NCBI GenBank assembly: GCA_000004695.1
Contig: CM000154.2
Coordinates: 3,616,001 to 3,680,000, forward strand
Source of the DNA: Dictyostelium discoideum
Taxonomy: Eukaryota
Direction of reading: 5' to 3'
DNA: 64,000 nucleotides
Shown here piece by piece: positions 11,939 to 25,371 of this stretch; positions within the stretch are counted from its first letter, which is position 1; each line of letters starts with the position of its first letter. The position numbers were made by a program, and so were the translations under genes. The notes beneath the pieces are model-generated. The model was not told the origin of the DNA. It did no database searches and was given only the letters and a program-made list of their open reading frames with translations.

Positions 11939-14336
11939 TTAAAAATCTTCGTTATCTTGTAAATCATTATCATTTAAAATTTGAGCATCATCATCTTCAA
12001 TACCAAATTCATCATCAGCTAATGAGTTTGGTTTAATACCGATAACACTATATTTTGGACCGACCTTTGAAAAACCAACCATTTTTAATAATTTTTGTTT
12101 GAAATCTGGATTCTTAAAAACGTAGAAACCAAAACCACCAAGACCAGCTAAAGCAAGAATAGCAATAACAACACCAGCGATCCAACCTTTGCCACCACTT
12201 GAAGAATTTTTTGATGGACACATGACAATCTCTGGTGAATAAGTTGCATTAACACCACCTACACATTGTGTGGCAGCGACTCTTCTGAAACCTTTTGATT
12301 TGATATAGGTTTGACCTGGTGTACAATTTTCTTCAGTGATTGGAACATATTGTGAAGCAATTGATTTACGACAATTCAATTGTTCTGAAGATCCAGATGG
12401 AATACCAGAGGTAGAACCATCATTATCGGAACTGCTATCGTCTGCACTTTCGTAACCAATATCACATTCAAAATCTTCGACTGTACATTCACAATATTTA
12501 TTTGAAATTTGTGCTTGTTGGGTCATATAACAATTGGTATTTGGTTTAACAGTTCTATAAGTTGTTTTTTCACCTAAAATACAACGAGTGGTATAAGATT
12601 GCATTGAGGAATCATCGCAAGGAGATGGCAATACATTTGTTAAATCAACACCAATCATTTGACCGATATCATATTCATCCTCTACTAAAAAGATGAATTT
12701 ATTTCCATCATTTCTTGGACTTGTAATGATATTGATGACATCAACATTTGATTTTAATGTCATATTGATTGCAATTGGTTTTTGATCAAGACCAAAGGTA
12801 TAGTAAAAGGTCTTTGTATCGTTCATAGCAGTTGCGAAAATAATTGAAGAACCATAGTTACCAAATTCATAGATGGTACCTTCATCAAAGAATTTAGACC
12901 ATGTTTGACCATTATCGGTTGATAAAACTGTTTTAACTCTACTTTTGATTGGATCGGATGATAAAGCTGGATTGGCATTACCAGTGGCAAGAATTAAACC
13001 TGGTGCACTAGCAATGGAATAGATTGGACCATAACCTCTGGTTTTATCGACAAAAGCAGAGAGACCATGAACATTTAATTTACAAGGACCACTTACTGTA
13101 CATGGCATATTAGTTGGTGGAGTGAGTCTGTTCCATCTACCACCATTATCATAGGAAATGAATGAAAGCATAGTTACTGGTGCTGTAGTGGTATCTCTGA
13201 AATTGCTAACTTTATTGTAGAGATAAGAACCTCTAGCACCAAAGAGTGGCATGAAATCATAGTAACCATTTGATGAGATTGAAACGTGATTCACTGAAAG
13301 TGTAAAGATATTACCTGCACCATTTGAAACGTAAACTGTACCAAATCTCTTGTTTGAAGTTTCACCATCTTTACTATTTGAAATACCCATGAAAATTGCT
13401 CCCGATGTATCATCAAGAATACGGAAATCATTTGGTTGAACATCTTCACCAAATGGGAATTGACAAAGAAGGAAACCATCCATGGTTGAAGTTACAACAC
13501 TCATTAAAGATTTGACGTAAAGTTTATTACCACCCTTTAATGCATCGATAACACCTACATAGTAGTAATAGTCGGTGTAAATCATATCGACGGCACCATT
13601 GATTAAGGTTTTGAAAGTTTTACCCATATCTTTTGAAACTGAAAATGCACCTGATCCTGTTTTTGATGCTAAAATTGCGAAAAACACTGCAGATTTCTCT
13701 GATGGATCCCATAATGGGTCGGTTGGAAAGCTTGAACCACCTGGTGTGAATAAAACATCACCATTGGATGATGCATTGTTCCATGTTAAACCAAAATCTT
13801 CACTAATTAAAATGAAATTATCGGAACGTGCAATCACTAAACCCTCAATATCTAAATGTGGTGAAACTGATACAACTTTATGTGGAAAAACTGCTGAGGT
13901 TGAAAATGTTTGACCTGCATCATTTGATACTGAAATTTGGGTTTTTCCATAAGATGGGAAATTTACAACCATAATATTATCATCTCTTTGATAATATCCT
14001 GCATTACCATAAATAATATTTCCTTGTTTATCAAGTACATTTGATGACCAATCAATACCACCATTTGTTGATCTTTTTAAAACATTCTTTGATCTTGTAT
14101 CTACAATTAATACATACTTTTTTTTTTTTTAATAATAAATAAAATATAAGTATTTTTTTTTTTTTTTTTCTTTAAAGATTCAATAAATGTTCACTTACAT
14201 CATCTTTATTTGTATATAATGGTTGAAATTGCTTCCAATTAATGCTGTTTTGCTTATAAGTTGGAATAGTATTTTGTGAAAGTGCTAAGCCAACAATAAT
14301 CGCTATAAAAATAAATAAAATAGATGAAATCTTCAT
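11939..14336 (-). CDS. Sortilin / Vps10-domain sorting receptor (signal peptide, BNR/Asp-box beta-propeller, 10CC module, single TM, short cytosolic tail); 2 exons
   Basis: complement(join(11939..14086, 14199..14336)). Exon 1 encodes MKISSILFIFIAIIVGLALSQNTIPTYKQNSINWKQFQPLYTNKDD, a signal peptide, and ends at donor GAT|GTAAGT. A phase-0 acceptor ...atcaaag|AATGTT at 14086 leads into ORF 11939..13972. Total 2286 nt = 762 codons. Repeated Asp-box motifs: SNDAGQTF, SEDFGLTW, SKDMGKTF, YDNGGRW, STDNGQTW. Cys-rich 10CC module: CECTVEDFECDIGYE. TM segment: WIAGVVIAILALAGLGGFGFYVF. Acidic tail: ...DDEFGIEDDDAQILNDNDLQDNEDF. Confidence 0.8.
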
Positions 14337-15131
14337 TTTATAATTTCCTCCCTAAAATAAAAAATTAAAGAGTTAATATAATTGATTTTTACTTTTTTAA
14401 TTTATTTTGAACAAAAAAAAAAAAAAAAAAAAAAAAATTTAGTATATCAAAATATCTCTTTAATTTTCATACAATTTGTTTATATAAACAGATAGTGAAG
14501 AAAAATAATATAAATAAAAAAAAATAAAAAAAAAAATTGAAAATTTGGAAAAAAAAAAACTTTTTTTTTTTTTTTTTAAAAAATAAAAAAAATTAAAAAA
14601 ATAATTAAAAACCTAAAAAATCAAAAGTTGGAAAAAAAAAATAAAAAATAAAAAAGAAAGAAATAAAATAATTTCTGTAAAGGTGAAGTGGTTTGGATTT
14701 TTAAAAATAATAAAAAATAAAAAAAATAAAAATAAATAAAAATATAAAAAAAAAAAAACAAAGATAAAAAAAATAAAAAAAATAAAAAAATAATAAAAAT
14801 AATAAAAGATTTAATTAAACCACACTTTTTTTTTTTTTTTTTTTAAAAAAAAATCCAAAATAATTAAATAAAAAAAAAAAAAACAGAGAAAAACCCCATC
14901 CTGGGGAAAAATGAAATAATATATATACTAGAAGGTTATACTTTTATTTATTTGTTTTTATATATATTTACAACTTTAAAATAAAATAAATTAATACAAA
15001 TTTATTTTTTTAAAAAAAAAATAAAAAAAAAAAAATAAAAAAATAAAAATAAAAATTAAAATAAAAAAGTCGTTGGAAAAATCTTTCGAAATACGTCATT
15101 ATTTTATGCGTTAGCACTAATGAAAATTATC

Positions 15132-15174
<43 letters not shown>

Positions 15175-15295
15175 CTTTTTTAATTTTTTATTTAAATATT
15201 TTTATTTTTTATTTTATTTTATTTTTTTTTCTTATACTTTTTCTTTCTCTCATTTTTTTAAGAAATTTTATTTTTTTTTATTTTTTTTATTTTTT

Positions 15296-15377
15296 ATTTT
15301 TATTATTTATTATTTATTATTTATTATTTATTATTTATTATTTATTATTTATTATTTATTATTTATTATTTATTATT
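15296..15377. repeat. (ATTATTT)n heptanucleotide tandem repeat
   Basis: ttatttattatttatt... run across lines 15301-15377. Confidence 0.85.
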
Positions 15378-15984
15378 GTGATATCTTTGGTGGTTGTGGA
15401 TATAAAATGATTTCAGTGCATCTAAAGAAAGCTAATTTTCTATTATTATGTGTGACTACAGCATCCCAAACTTGAGAAGTTTTACCAGCATGTAATAAAG
15501 TTGAAGTACATTGTAATAGATCACCTTCTTTAGCAGTTCCTATAAAATTTGACTTTAATTCTATAGTTGTGAAACCAATTGAATTTTTTGGTAATTTTTT
15601 AAAACATGCATATCCACAAGAAGTATCAGCTAATGTTATAATGCTACCTGCATGTACATATCCATTTGATGCCAAGTGATTCTTTGTAATTGGTAATTCA
15701 ATTGTAACTGATTCATCACCAACATCTTTAACATTTAATCCCATATAATTTGGTAAACCAATACCACCTCTTGTTTTTAAAATATATAACCATTGTTCAT
15801 TTGTAAATTCTAAATTTTTCTCATTCTTTATTTTCATAAATTCTTTCATATCTTTAATTTCACCAAGTTTAATATGATCAAGTGTTGCTTCACTTGAAAA
15901 TAATCTAAAATTATTCTTCAATCCATTATTACGAGTACTTGATAAAAGTACACTTTTTATAATATTACATTTACTACCAAACAT
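15373..15984 (-). CDS. Hotdog-fold acyl-CoA thioesterase (PaaI/THEM2-like) with predicted mitochondrial presequence
   Basis: 203-aa minus ORF. Core ...NGYVHAGSIITLADTSCGYAC...KEGDLLQCTSTLLHAGKTSQVWDAVV... resembles the PaaI/ACOT13 hotdog family (HGG-like substrate loop followed by the catalytic D/T region). N-terminus MFGSKCNIIKSVLLSSTRNNGLKNNFRLFSS is basic and hydroxylated. Confidence 0.65.
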   Translation of the reverse strand: MFGSKCNIIKSVLLSSTRNNGLKNNFRLFSSEATLDHIKLGEIKDMKEFMKIKNEKNLEFTNEQWLYILKTRGGIGLPNYMGLNVKDVGDESVTIELPITKNHLASNGYVHAGSIITLADTSCGYACFKKLPKNSIGFTTIELKSNFIGTAKEGDLLQCTSTLLHAGKTSQVWDAVVTHNNRKLAFFRCTEIILYPQPPKISQ

Positions 15985-16185
15985 TTTTATTATTTATTAA
16001 ATTTTTTAAAAAAAAAAAAAAAAATGAAATTAAAAAAGTAAAAAAAAAAAAAAAAAAAAAAAATAAGGGCGGGTGTAAAATTTTATGCGGCGTTGGTGGC
16101 TTTTACAAACAAAAAAATAAAAATAAAAATAAAAAGAAATTAATAATAGATATTTTTATTTTTTTTTATTTTTTTTTATTTTTTT

Positions 16186-17463
16186 TTAAACAATAATTAA
16201 ATTTTCATCAATTTGATTTTCTTGATTTAATAAATGATGATGTGGATATGGTTTTGGATGACCATTTGAATCAGCATGTGGTTTTTTAAGATTTTTGGCT
16301 AATTCTTGTTCGATAGCTTGAGCACTTTCAATTTTATTTTTAATAACTTCTCTTGATTCTCTTGCTGCATCATTAAATTTATATCTTAGTTCATTTAATT
16401 TTTCAATTGTTGGTTCACCATAATTATCTTTTAAATCTTTAAAGATATTGTAATTTGCTTTTTCAATCTCTTTAATTAATGAATTGAATTCTTTTTCAAT
16501 ATTTGAAGGTTCGTCATTGAGTTTCTCTTTAATTTGTTCTTTTTTCTCTTGAATATTGTGTAACAATTCTTTAGATTTTTGACCAAATTTATAAATTGCT
16601 TCATCTACTGAATCTAGTACTTTGTTTTCCAAATTTTCAATCTTCTCTCTTACCATTGGTATGGCATCGCTTGAGGGGTAGTATATATTCTGGCTGTTGT
16701 AAACATCCTTATTGTATGGTGTTGGTGCACCTGGGTGTGGCTTCAATTGACGTTCGATCTCTTGCTTAATCATCTCTTCATTCACATAATGGGTTGGATC
16801 AAGAAAAAATGTTTTCTCCTTAATTGCTCTTTCCAAATCTGTTCTTTTCATTCTCTCCATTTGATTCTCAATTGTTTTCTTATTATTATTATTATTATCT
16901 TGTTCTTGTTGGTGTCGTCTTAATGTTTTTTCAAGAATTTGTTTTTCGTGTAATCTATGACCGGCTGGCATGGTTTGCGATTCAGATAATGGTTTAATTC
17001 TTGCCAAATCTTTAAAACTGTCACTCCATATGTGGTACCAGTTGGTGGAAATATCTTTTAGAGAATGTAACCAAGTTTGACCAATTGGTTCAGTTAGATG
17101 GAATGGTTCAATTGGGTTCGGTTGGAACTGGTTGGTGTAGGTGCCATAGATAATACTACCGACTAATATTGTAATTAAAACTTTAAATACATTTCTAATA
17201 CGTGTGTTTGAACGTTGTTTACTTAATTCTTCAATTTCATTAATTTGTTGTTCTTGAAGTTCTTGTAATTCATATAATTGTTGGTCATGTAATTGTTTTA
17301 ATTCTTGTTGTTGTCTATTTAAAAAATTCTCTTCACTATCTCTATATCTACTACTATTTGAATTTGTTGAATATGTTGTATTTGTTAAATTTTGGTTTTG
17401 AACCCTTTTTCTAACAGATGTTGGAGATACAATTAATTTTTTAGTTCTTGTTGGTGTTGACAT
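16186..17463 (-). CDS. Hypothetical type-II membrane protein with extensive coiled-coil regions
   Basis: 425-aa minus ORF. Gln/Glu heptad-like N-terminal segment (QQQELKQLHDQQLYELQELQEQQINEIEEL), one hydrophobic span (VFKVLITILVGSIIYGTYT), and a long Lys/Glu-rich helical C-terminal region. No diagnostic catalytic motif. Confidence 0.5.
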   Translation of the reverse strand: MSTPTRTKKLIVSPTSVRKRVQNQNLTNTTYSTNSNSSRYRDSEENFLNRQQQELKQLHDQQLYELQELQEQQINEIEELSKQRSNTRIRNVFKVLITILVGSIIYGTYTNQFQPNPIEPFHLTEPIGQTWLHSLKDISTNWYHIWSDSFKDLARIKPLSESQTMPAGHRLHEKQILEKTLRRHQQEQDNNNNNKKTIENQMERMKRTDLERAIKEKTFFLDPTHYVNEEMIKQEIERQLKPHPGAPTPYNKDVYNSQNIYYPSSDAIPMVREKIENLENKVLDSVDEAIYKFGQKSKELLHNIQEKKEQIKEKLNDEPSNIEKEFNSLIKEIEKANYNIFKDLKDNYGEPTIEKLNELRYKFNDAARESREVIKNKIESAQAIEQELAKNLKKPHADSNGHPKPYPHHHLLNQENQIDENLIIV

Positions 17464-17871
17464 TATTTTATTATATTTTATTTCATATGTATATATTTAC
17501 ATGTGAGTTTATTTGTATATGTGAGTGAGGTGTAGGTGAAAGGTGTAGGGTAGGTGTGGGTGTGTGTGCTTGTCAATAAATAATAATAATGATAATAATA
17601 ATTATTTTTTTAATTTTACTTTTTTTTATTATTAGTTTGTAATTTAAAAAAATAAAAAAATGGCTTTTTTTTATTTTTTATTTTTTTTTAATTAATGCAA
17701 TGTCATAAAAATCTATCCAAGAGATTTATTATTTAGTGTGTGGGTGGGTGTGTTTTAGTGTGTGTTTGTATAGAAGAGTATGTTTTTTTAATTAAATCGA
17801 ATTTTTTTTATTTTTTTATTTATTTATTTTTTATTTTTTTTATTTTTTTTTTCTAAAACTAATTTCCTTTT

Positions 17872-17907
<36 letters not shown>

Positions 17908-18173
17908 AAAAATAAAAAAAAAATAAAAATAAAAATAAAAATAAAAATTAAAAATAAAAATAAAAATAAAATAAAAAAAATAAAAATTAATTTTATCTAA
18001 ACAAGGAATTAATTTAATTAAAAAATAAAATTAAAAATAAAAATAAAACTACTGAAAAATTAGTTTCAAATAATTTGAGTAGTAATAAAAAAAAGTAGAG
18101 AAGGCTTTCAATTAATAATCTTTTATTTTAATTGATTAAATTTATTTAAAAAAAAAAAAAAAAAAGATTATTT

Positions 18174-18210
<37 letters not shown>

Positions 18211-18232
18211 TTCCACTGACAACTGATTTATT

Positions 18233-18271
<39 letters not shown>

Positions 18272-18284
18272 TGTAAAAACAAAA

Positions 18285-19892
18285 ATGAATTACCAAATGG
18301 TTATTCAAATAATAAAAAATAGTTATAAAATTATAGAAAAATTAAAAGTTTCAGATGTAGATTACCAATTTAAATTGTATAAGCAGGTTAAAATAATTGA
18401 TTCAACTTTCTATGAAATGTTAATCTCTAATTTCACTATAAAAAAGGAAATAATAAATGATTCAATTAATTTAATAATAAGTGAATCAATTAAAATAGAA
18501 CCTAAAAATATATCACTTTTTATTTATCATAAAATGCTGAAAACATATTATCAATATTTAAATGAAACTGATAATAATAATAATAATAATAATATTAATA
18601 ATAATAATTACATATATAGTTTAATTATAATTGAATCATTTTTAAATCATCTGAATAATATTTTATCATCATCATCTTCTTCCTCTTCAAAATCTATATT
18701 ATCCTATTACCATTTCTATTCAATTATAAATAAATTATTACAAATATTAAATGTAACGACAACAACAACCACCATAACTGTACCCAATGATACAACACCA
18801 ATATCAGTTCATAAATATGAAATTATTAATATTTTAAATAATAATATTGACTCAATAAATAAACTAATTAAGGAATGTTTAAATAATGAATTTTATAATA
18901 ATAATAATAATATTGAAAACACAGACAATTGTGAATATTCATCATTTTCAATTTTAAATAAAATATTAAAAGTTTTTATTGAAATATTTGAAATGATTGA
19001 AAATGAAAATAATTTATTTAAACAAAAGCAAAATGAAATATTAATTTTAAATACATTTTTAAATAATTTAATATTACTAGTTTCTTCAAATGAAATTTTA
19101 ATTAAAATAATTAATTTTGATAATGATTTAATTAATAATTTAGAAGATCAATTAAATATACCAATCTTATTCATAGATTCAAAAAGTGGTACTTCAATAT
19201 TATTATCTAAAATATATAAAATTTTATTACAACTTTTAAATCTATTATTAGAATTTGATATTAATAATAATTTATTCAATTTAATTGAACAATCTTTTTT
19301 TAAAAATAATAATAATAACAATAACAATAACAATAACAATAATAATGATAAAAATAATATAAATCAAGAAATTATCAATAAATTAGGTTATATATTTTTT
19401 AATCAAGATGATATTGCTATTGATATTATGTTTTTATTATTATTACTTTATAATAAATTTAACAATAATAATAATAATAATTTTAATAATTATTTTAAAA
19501 ATTATTTAAATGAAAAAATAAAATATTATTTAAATCCTGATAGTGTATTTTATTTTTTTATAAAAAATATTTGTCACTATGATCATTTATTAATAATTGA
19601 TATGTTGATTTCAAATGAAACTAAATTTTTAAATTATTTTTTAAAATATCTAAAATTTGGTGGAGGTGGTAGTGGTAGTGGTAGTGGTAGTGGCGGTGGG
19701 AAGACAAGTAATACCCAATTATTGGGTGGTGGTGGTGGCTATAATGAAGAAAATGACGAAAATAAGATTAGGTTCAAAGAATGCTTGTCGGCATTAAGAA
19801 ATTCGATAATGATTTCTATGAGTAATGATAGTTTTCCTTATAACCCAAGATTATTGTTATCAAGATTAGAATTACTTATCAAAAATCAATGA
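18285..19892 (+). CDS. Hypothetical Asn-rich protein (no recognisable domain)
   Basis: 535-aa ORF with ATG start. Ile/Asn/Leu-rich with poly-N and (GS)n tracts. Coding status rests only on ORF length in an AT-rich genome where long ORFs are rare by chance. Confidence 0.4.
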   Translation: MNYQMVIQIIKNSYKIIEKLKVSDVDYQFKLYKQVKIIDSTFYEMLISNFTIKKEIINDSINLIISESIKIEPKNISLFIYHKMLKTYYQYLNETDNNNNNNNINNNNYIYSLIIIESFLNHLNNILSSSSSSSSKSILSYYHFYSIINKLLQILNVTTTTTTITVPNDTTPISVHKYEIINILNNNIDSINKLIKECLNNEFYNNNNNIENTDNCEYSSFSILNKILKVFIEIFEMIENENNLFKQKQNEILILNTFLNNLILLVSSNEILIKIINFDNDLINNLEDQLNIPILFIDSKSGTSILLSKIYKILLQLLNLLLEFDINNNLFNLIEQSFFKNNNNNNNNNNNNNNDKNNINQEIINKLGYIFFNQDDIAIDIMFLLLLLYNKFNNNNNNNFNNYFKNYLNEKIKYYLNPDSVFYFFIKNICHYDHLLIIDMLISNETKFLNYFLKYLKFGGGGSGSGSGSGGGKTSNTQLLGGGGGYNEENDENKIRFKECLSALRNSIMISMSNDSFPYNPRLLLSRLELLIKNQ

Positions 19893-20179
19893 TTTTGGCT
19901 TTAGTGCCAGTTTACTCGCAATTTTTTAAATTTATGTTCAAACTTGTGCAACCTTGAAAACCAATAATTTTCCAATCTTTGCAGAAGTAAAAAAAAAAAA
20001 AAATAAAAAAAAAATAAAATTTCCCCAAAACGCCGCTGTAAAAAAAAAAAAAAAAAAAATAAATAAAAAATAATAAAAATTAAAATAAAAAAACAGTGTG
20101 GGAAAATTTTTAAAAAAAAAAAAAAAAAAAAAAACAATGAAAATAATAATTTAATATATTAATATTATTATTTTAAATT

Positions 20180-20226
<47 letters not shown>

Positions 20227-20585
20227 ATTTATCTTTTTATTATTAAAAAATTTTATTTTCTTTGAGGGGTAAATAACCACCACCACCACCAAAGGTAAAA
20301 ATTTTTTTTTTAATAATTTAATTTAATTTAATTTTTAATTTTTTTTTTAACATAAAAAATCGAGTTTGGGATTTTTTCGCTCATTAATTTGACAAACCAG
20401 TTAGTTTTTTTTTTTTTTTTTTAAGTTTCTTTAATTTTTTAGTTTTTTTTTTCTTTTTTTTTTTTTTTTCTTTTTCTTTTTATTTTATTTATATTAATAT
20501 ATATGTATATAATAGTTTAAATACTAAATTTTAAAAAAAAAAATAAATAAAAAATAAAAATAAAAAAAAATAAACAGAAACTCAG

Positions 20586-20613
<28 letters not shown>

Positions 20614-20616
<3 letters not shown>

Positions 20617-21490
20617 AAATTTCAAAAACATTTAAAAAATGTCACAGTTTGGAATCATCATTATTTACCATACCAAAAATTAAAAAGAAAATTAAGAACC
20701 TTTTTTTCACCACCACAATCACCATCAGATAGTACACCACCACCACCAACAACAACAACAACAACAGCATCTACAACTACAGTTAATAATAACAACAGAG
20801 CAATTTCAATTAGTGATGGAGGTAATGGTAACTTAAATTTTTTAGATATTTTAGAAAATGAAATTAAAAAAGTGAATCAATTTATTTTAGATGAAAAATT
20901 AACAATTGTAATGAATAGATTTGAAGATTTAAAATTAAAATTTAAATCAATTGATTTTTCATCACCATTTTCAGTTTATCTCAGTGTTGGTTTAATGACA
21001 CCACAACAAATTGAGGATAATAATAATAATTATTTAAATACTATTCAAAGTAATATTTCAAATAATAATAATAACAACAATAATAATAGTAATAACAACA
21101 ACAATAATAATAATAGTAGTAATAATAATAATAGTAATATTAATAATAGTACAGATAATAATAAAGATTTATCAACACCATTAGATCAATCATCATCATC
21201 ATTATATTTCTTTAGTGAACAACAACAACAACCACCAGGACAAGGATCTAATGATGTTGATACTGTAACAGCATTTCAAATTGCATTTGAAGATATTTTA
21301 AAACAATTGGCAGAGATTGATCAATTTTCACAATTAAATATTCAAGCAATTCAAAAATTATTAAATACATATTCAAAAAAGAAAATTAAAACTTTAATTT
21401 CTGATAGAAAAAAAAGAAAAGTTAGTCAAACTGAAACAACTTTACCAAAAATGTTTCATTTAGAAATTAATAATAATCATAATAGTAATA

Positions 21491-21574
<84 letters not shown>

Positions 21575-24500
21575 GTAATAATACATTATCACCAGCAACA
21601 AATACAATATCAATATTATCCAAAGAACAACTAATTGAAGATGTTAAAAAAGATATTGATAATTATTTTAAAGAAAAAGTTGAAGTTTTAGAATTATATC
21701 ATCATACTCAAATTAAAAAATTAACATTAGAAATTGAATTAGAATATCAAACAATTTGTCAAACAAATGTTCATTTATTAAATAATAATTATTATGATAT
21801 TTTAAATGTAAGAATTAAATTTTATTTTTATTTTTTTTATAAAATTATATTAATAAAATAAATAATTAATTAATAAACTTAGATTAAAGAAAAAGAATTA
21901 TCAAATAAAGTTGAATCATTATGTAGAAATGTTGTAAATAATAATATTTCAATTGTTAAAAGTTTAATTGAAGATATTAAAAATTTAATGAGAGATGAAT
22001 TAAAATTAGAACAAGTTAATAATACAATGTGGATTGAAACTATTCATTCATGTATTCATAAATCATGTTATTTAGGTAATGTTGAAATGGTTAAATTCTT
22101 ATTTAATACTTTTAATGATCTTAAAATGGTAAATATTAAATATTGTGATGAAAAGAATAAACAATTCATTCATTTGGCTGCTGAGAATGGTAGATTATCA
22201 GTTATGGAATTTTTAATTGAAAATGGTGCAGATATTGAATGTTTGGATTTCCTTTCACGTAGACCATTACATTTATCTGCAAAGAATGGTAAATATGATT
22301 GTGTGAAATTGTTACTTGAAAAAGGTGCAAAACAAGATGTACTAGATAGAGAAGGTTGTACACCACTATATTTGGCATGTCGTCAACCACCATCAGCAAA
22401 CAATATCATTAATAGTAGTGGTGATATTAGTCTATCAGTGGTTGATTTACTATTATTATCAGGTTCACCCCTAACTCGTGGTCCATATGGTAGACATATT
22501 TTACATGAAGCTTCATCAAAAGGTAATTGTAATAACATTAATAGTATCTTAAAAATAGATCCAGATTCTGCAAATTCAACAGACTCATTCGGACGTACAC
22601 CATTATTTGAATCAATTAAACATGGTCAATTACAAGCGATTTCAACTCTATTAGAGAAGAATGCTCAAATCGTTTCAGTGTTTGATGATGATAAGAGAAC
22701 TCCACTTCATGAAGCCGCTGCAAATGGCCAATTGGATTCAATGCATTTATTAATTAATAATATTTTAGAGAATTTAAAAGAAGATCAAGTTTCAAAAGTT
22801 GTAAATCAACAAGATGATGATGGTTGGTCACCACTTCATGATGCTTGTTATTTAAATTATATTCATTGTGTTAAATGTTTATTAGAGAATAAAGCAAATC
22901 CAAATCTTTTAGATAAAGGTGAATGGTCACCAATAGTTCATTCATTATATCGTGGTAATATTCAAGCTGCAATTACAATCATTGAATTTATTAAAAAGAA
23001 TCCTGATTTATTTCAAGATACAACAACAACAACAACATTATCAAGTAGTAATACAATTCCACAAACAACATTAAAAGATTCAAAGAATTTAAGTTGTAGT
23101 AGTAGTGGTGTTCCATTAATTACAGCATCAACAGTTGGTACAACAGTATTACCACCAAAATTAGATATAGTTGATTTAAATAAATCAATTAGTAATTTAA
23201 ATTTATCATCAAATATAATATTAAAATCACCAGAATCTGAATTATTATCACCAACACCATCCTCATCATCAAATAATAGTAGTAGTATTTCAGTAACACC
23301 ATCAACTTCACCATCAACAAGTAAAAAAATTTTAAAAAGTTTAATGTCAACAGTTACATTTAGAATTCAATTAGTTTCAACAACAATTAAACCTGGTCAA
23401 AAAGTTGGTATTGTTGGTAATAGAAAAGCAATTGGCTCATGGAATCCTTCAGCTGCATTAATGTTTAGAGAAGTTGATAATATTGGTAGTGGTGGTTGGA
23501 TTGGTAAAGTACAAGTACCAGTTAATGTTCAATTAGAATATAAATATGTAATTTTCGAAGGATCACGTTTAGATACATGGGAAGCTTTACCAGAGAATAG
23601 AAAATTCACACCACAAGAAGAGGAAGAGTTTGTTGATGATGGTGTATTTGGTCAAATTACATTTGATGAAGATAGTGTCACAGCTGAACAATCAAAACAA
23701 TCCCTCTTTATGGAACGTGGTTGGTTAGTACAAGATACTCAAATTAGAATTAGATTTGGTGAAACTTCACCAACTGATTTACAACGTAAAATTAAACAAC
23801 CAATTACTTTATACAATGGTAAAGAACAAGCTGGTAAAATCGTTGTAACCCTAAGAGATCGTTCATCAAATATTCAATCAGGTACTGGTTTATCTCAAGT
23901 TAATTTACCCCTAACTAAAGATCATTCAGTTCAATTCCAAACTAATCAATTAAAACCAAATTCTTATCATTCAATTCAATTTGATATTTATCGTCGTGGT
24001 ATGTCAAGTGTATTAATTGGTCGTTCCATTGTATTGGTATCAGAGTTAACAAGTACAAATCCATATAAAAAAGTTGTACCAATTATAAATTCATCATTGT
24101 TATCAGTTGGTGAATTATATTTCTTTCCATTAATTGTTTCACCATTTACTCATTCAAAAATATCTGATGTTTTATCTAATACCTATTGGAAATCAACTCT
24201 ATTAATTGGTCATCGTGGTGGTGGTGCTGAAAATGCTAGAAATGTTGGTAAATATAAAAGAACTCACATTAAAGAGAATACAATTCTTTCTTTCGTTACA
24301 GCTGCTTCATTAGGTGCTCAATATATTGAATTTGATGTTCAATTATCAAGAGATAATATTCCTGTAATTTATCATGATTTTGAAATTCTTGGTCAAGATG
24401 GTATTAAAATACCAATTAATAAAATTAATCTTGAACAATTTAAATCATTACAACAAGAAAAAAAAAATAGTAGCAATAATAACAATAATAATAATAATAA

Positions 24501-25371
24501 TAATAGTAATAACAACAATAATAATAATAATAAAAATAATAGTAATAGAATTAATAATAATAATTCAAATCAACATGATGAAAATAATAAAAATAATATT
24601 TCAAAAACATTACCATCTTTAAAAACTTTACGTGGTAGATCAAAATCAATGCAAGATATATTTAATGATTTTGGTACATCATCAAGTAATATTTTAGCAA
24701 ATTTAAGAAATAGTGGTATAATTAATGTAAACAATACACCAAGTTCACCATTGGCATCATCATCTTCATCTGCAAATTCTTCACAACCTATTAGTGATTC
24801 GTTTACAACATTGGAAGAAACCTTTAAGAATGTACCAATTGCTACTGGATTTAATATTGAAATTAAATATCCAAATCAAGAGAAAGAAATGGAAATTCAA
24901 ATGAATAATATGAATAGAAATGCTTATGTTGATACTATTCTAAAGGTTGTTTTTGAACATGCAGGTAATAGAAGTGTAATGTTCTCTTCATTCGATGCTG
25001 ATATTTGTTTACTTTGTTCTTTGAAACAACCAAAATATCCAGTTTTCTTTTTAAATAATGCTGGTTTCACTCAACATGCTGATCCACGTGCAAATTCAAT
25101 ATCAGAGGCAATTCGTTTCTCAAAATCTGCTCATCTATTGGGTATTGTCACAAACTCAAAGATTCTATGTGAAGCTCCACCAATTATTGGTCAAGTTAAA
25201 TCTGCTGGTTTAATGTTATGTTCTTGGGGTTCCGAAAATAATGACCCTGCTTTAGTTGATCTTCAAGAACAATTGGGTTGTGATGGTGTTATCTCTGATC
25301 ATATTGCCTATATTTCAAAACATTACTATACAAATAATAATACCATTATTAATAATCAAAATAATCAATAA
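20614..25371 (+). CDS. SPX-ankyrin-CBM20-GDPD protein: glycerophosphodiester (glycerophosphocholine) phosphodiesterase of the Gde1/GDE5 type; 2 exons, ~1560 aa
   Basis: join(20614..21807, 21883..25371). Donor AAT|GTAAGA at 21808 and acceptor aacttag|ATTAAAGAA at 21882 give a 75-bp phase-0 intron. N-terminus MKFQKHLKNVTVWNHHYLPYQKLKRKL is the canonical SPX start. Ankyrin repeats: LHLAAENGRLSVMEFLIENGADIE..., PLHLSAKNGKYDCVKLLLEKGAKQD. Starch-binding CBM20: TFRIQLVSTTIKPGQKVGIVGNRKAIGSWNPSAALMFREV...WIGKVQVP...EYKYVIF. GDPD catalytic core: LIGHRGGGAENARNVG...ENTILSFVTAASLGAQYIEFDVQLSRDNIPVIYHDFEI. Confidence 0.85.

Noticed and set aside
15120-15410. ORF 15120..15410 (+) and other F/L/I-rich ORFs at 19901..20137, 40154..40339, 57940..58137, 58476..58691, 58948..59136 and 62828..63058
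   Set aside because: Composition-driven ORFs in poly(A)/(T) and (ATTATTT)n spacer. No start context, and they overlap repeats.
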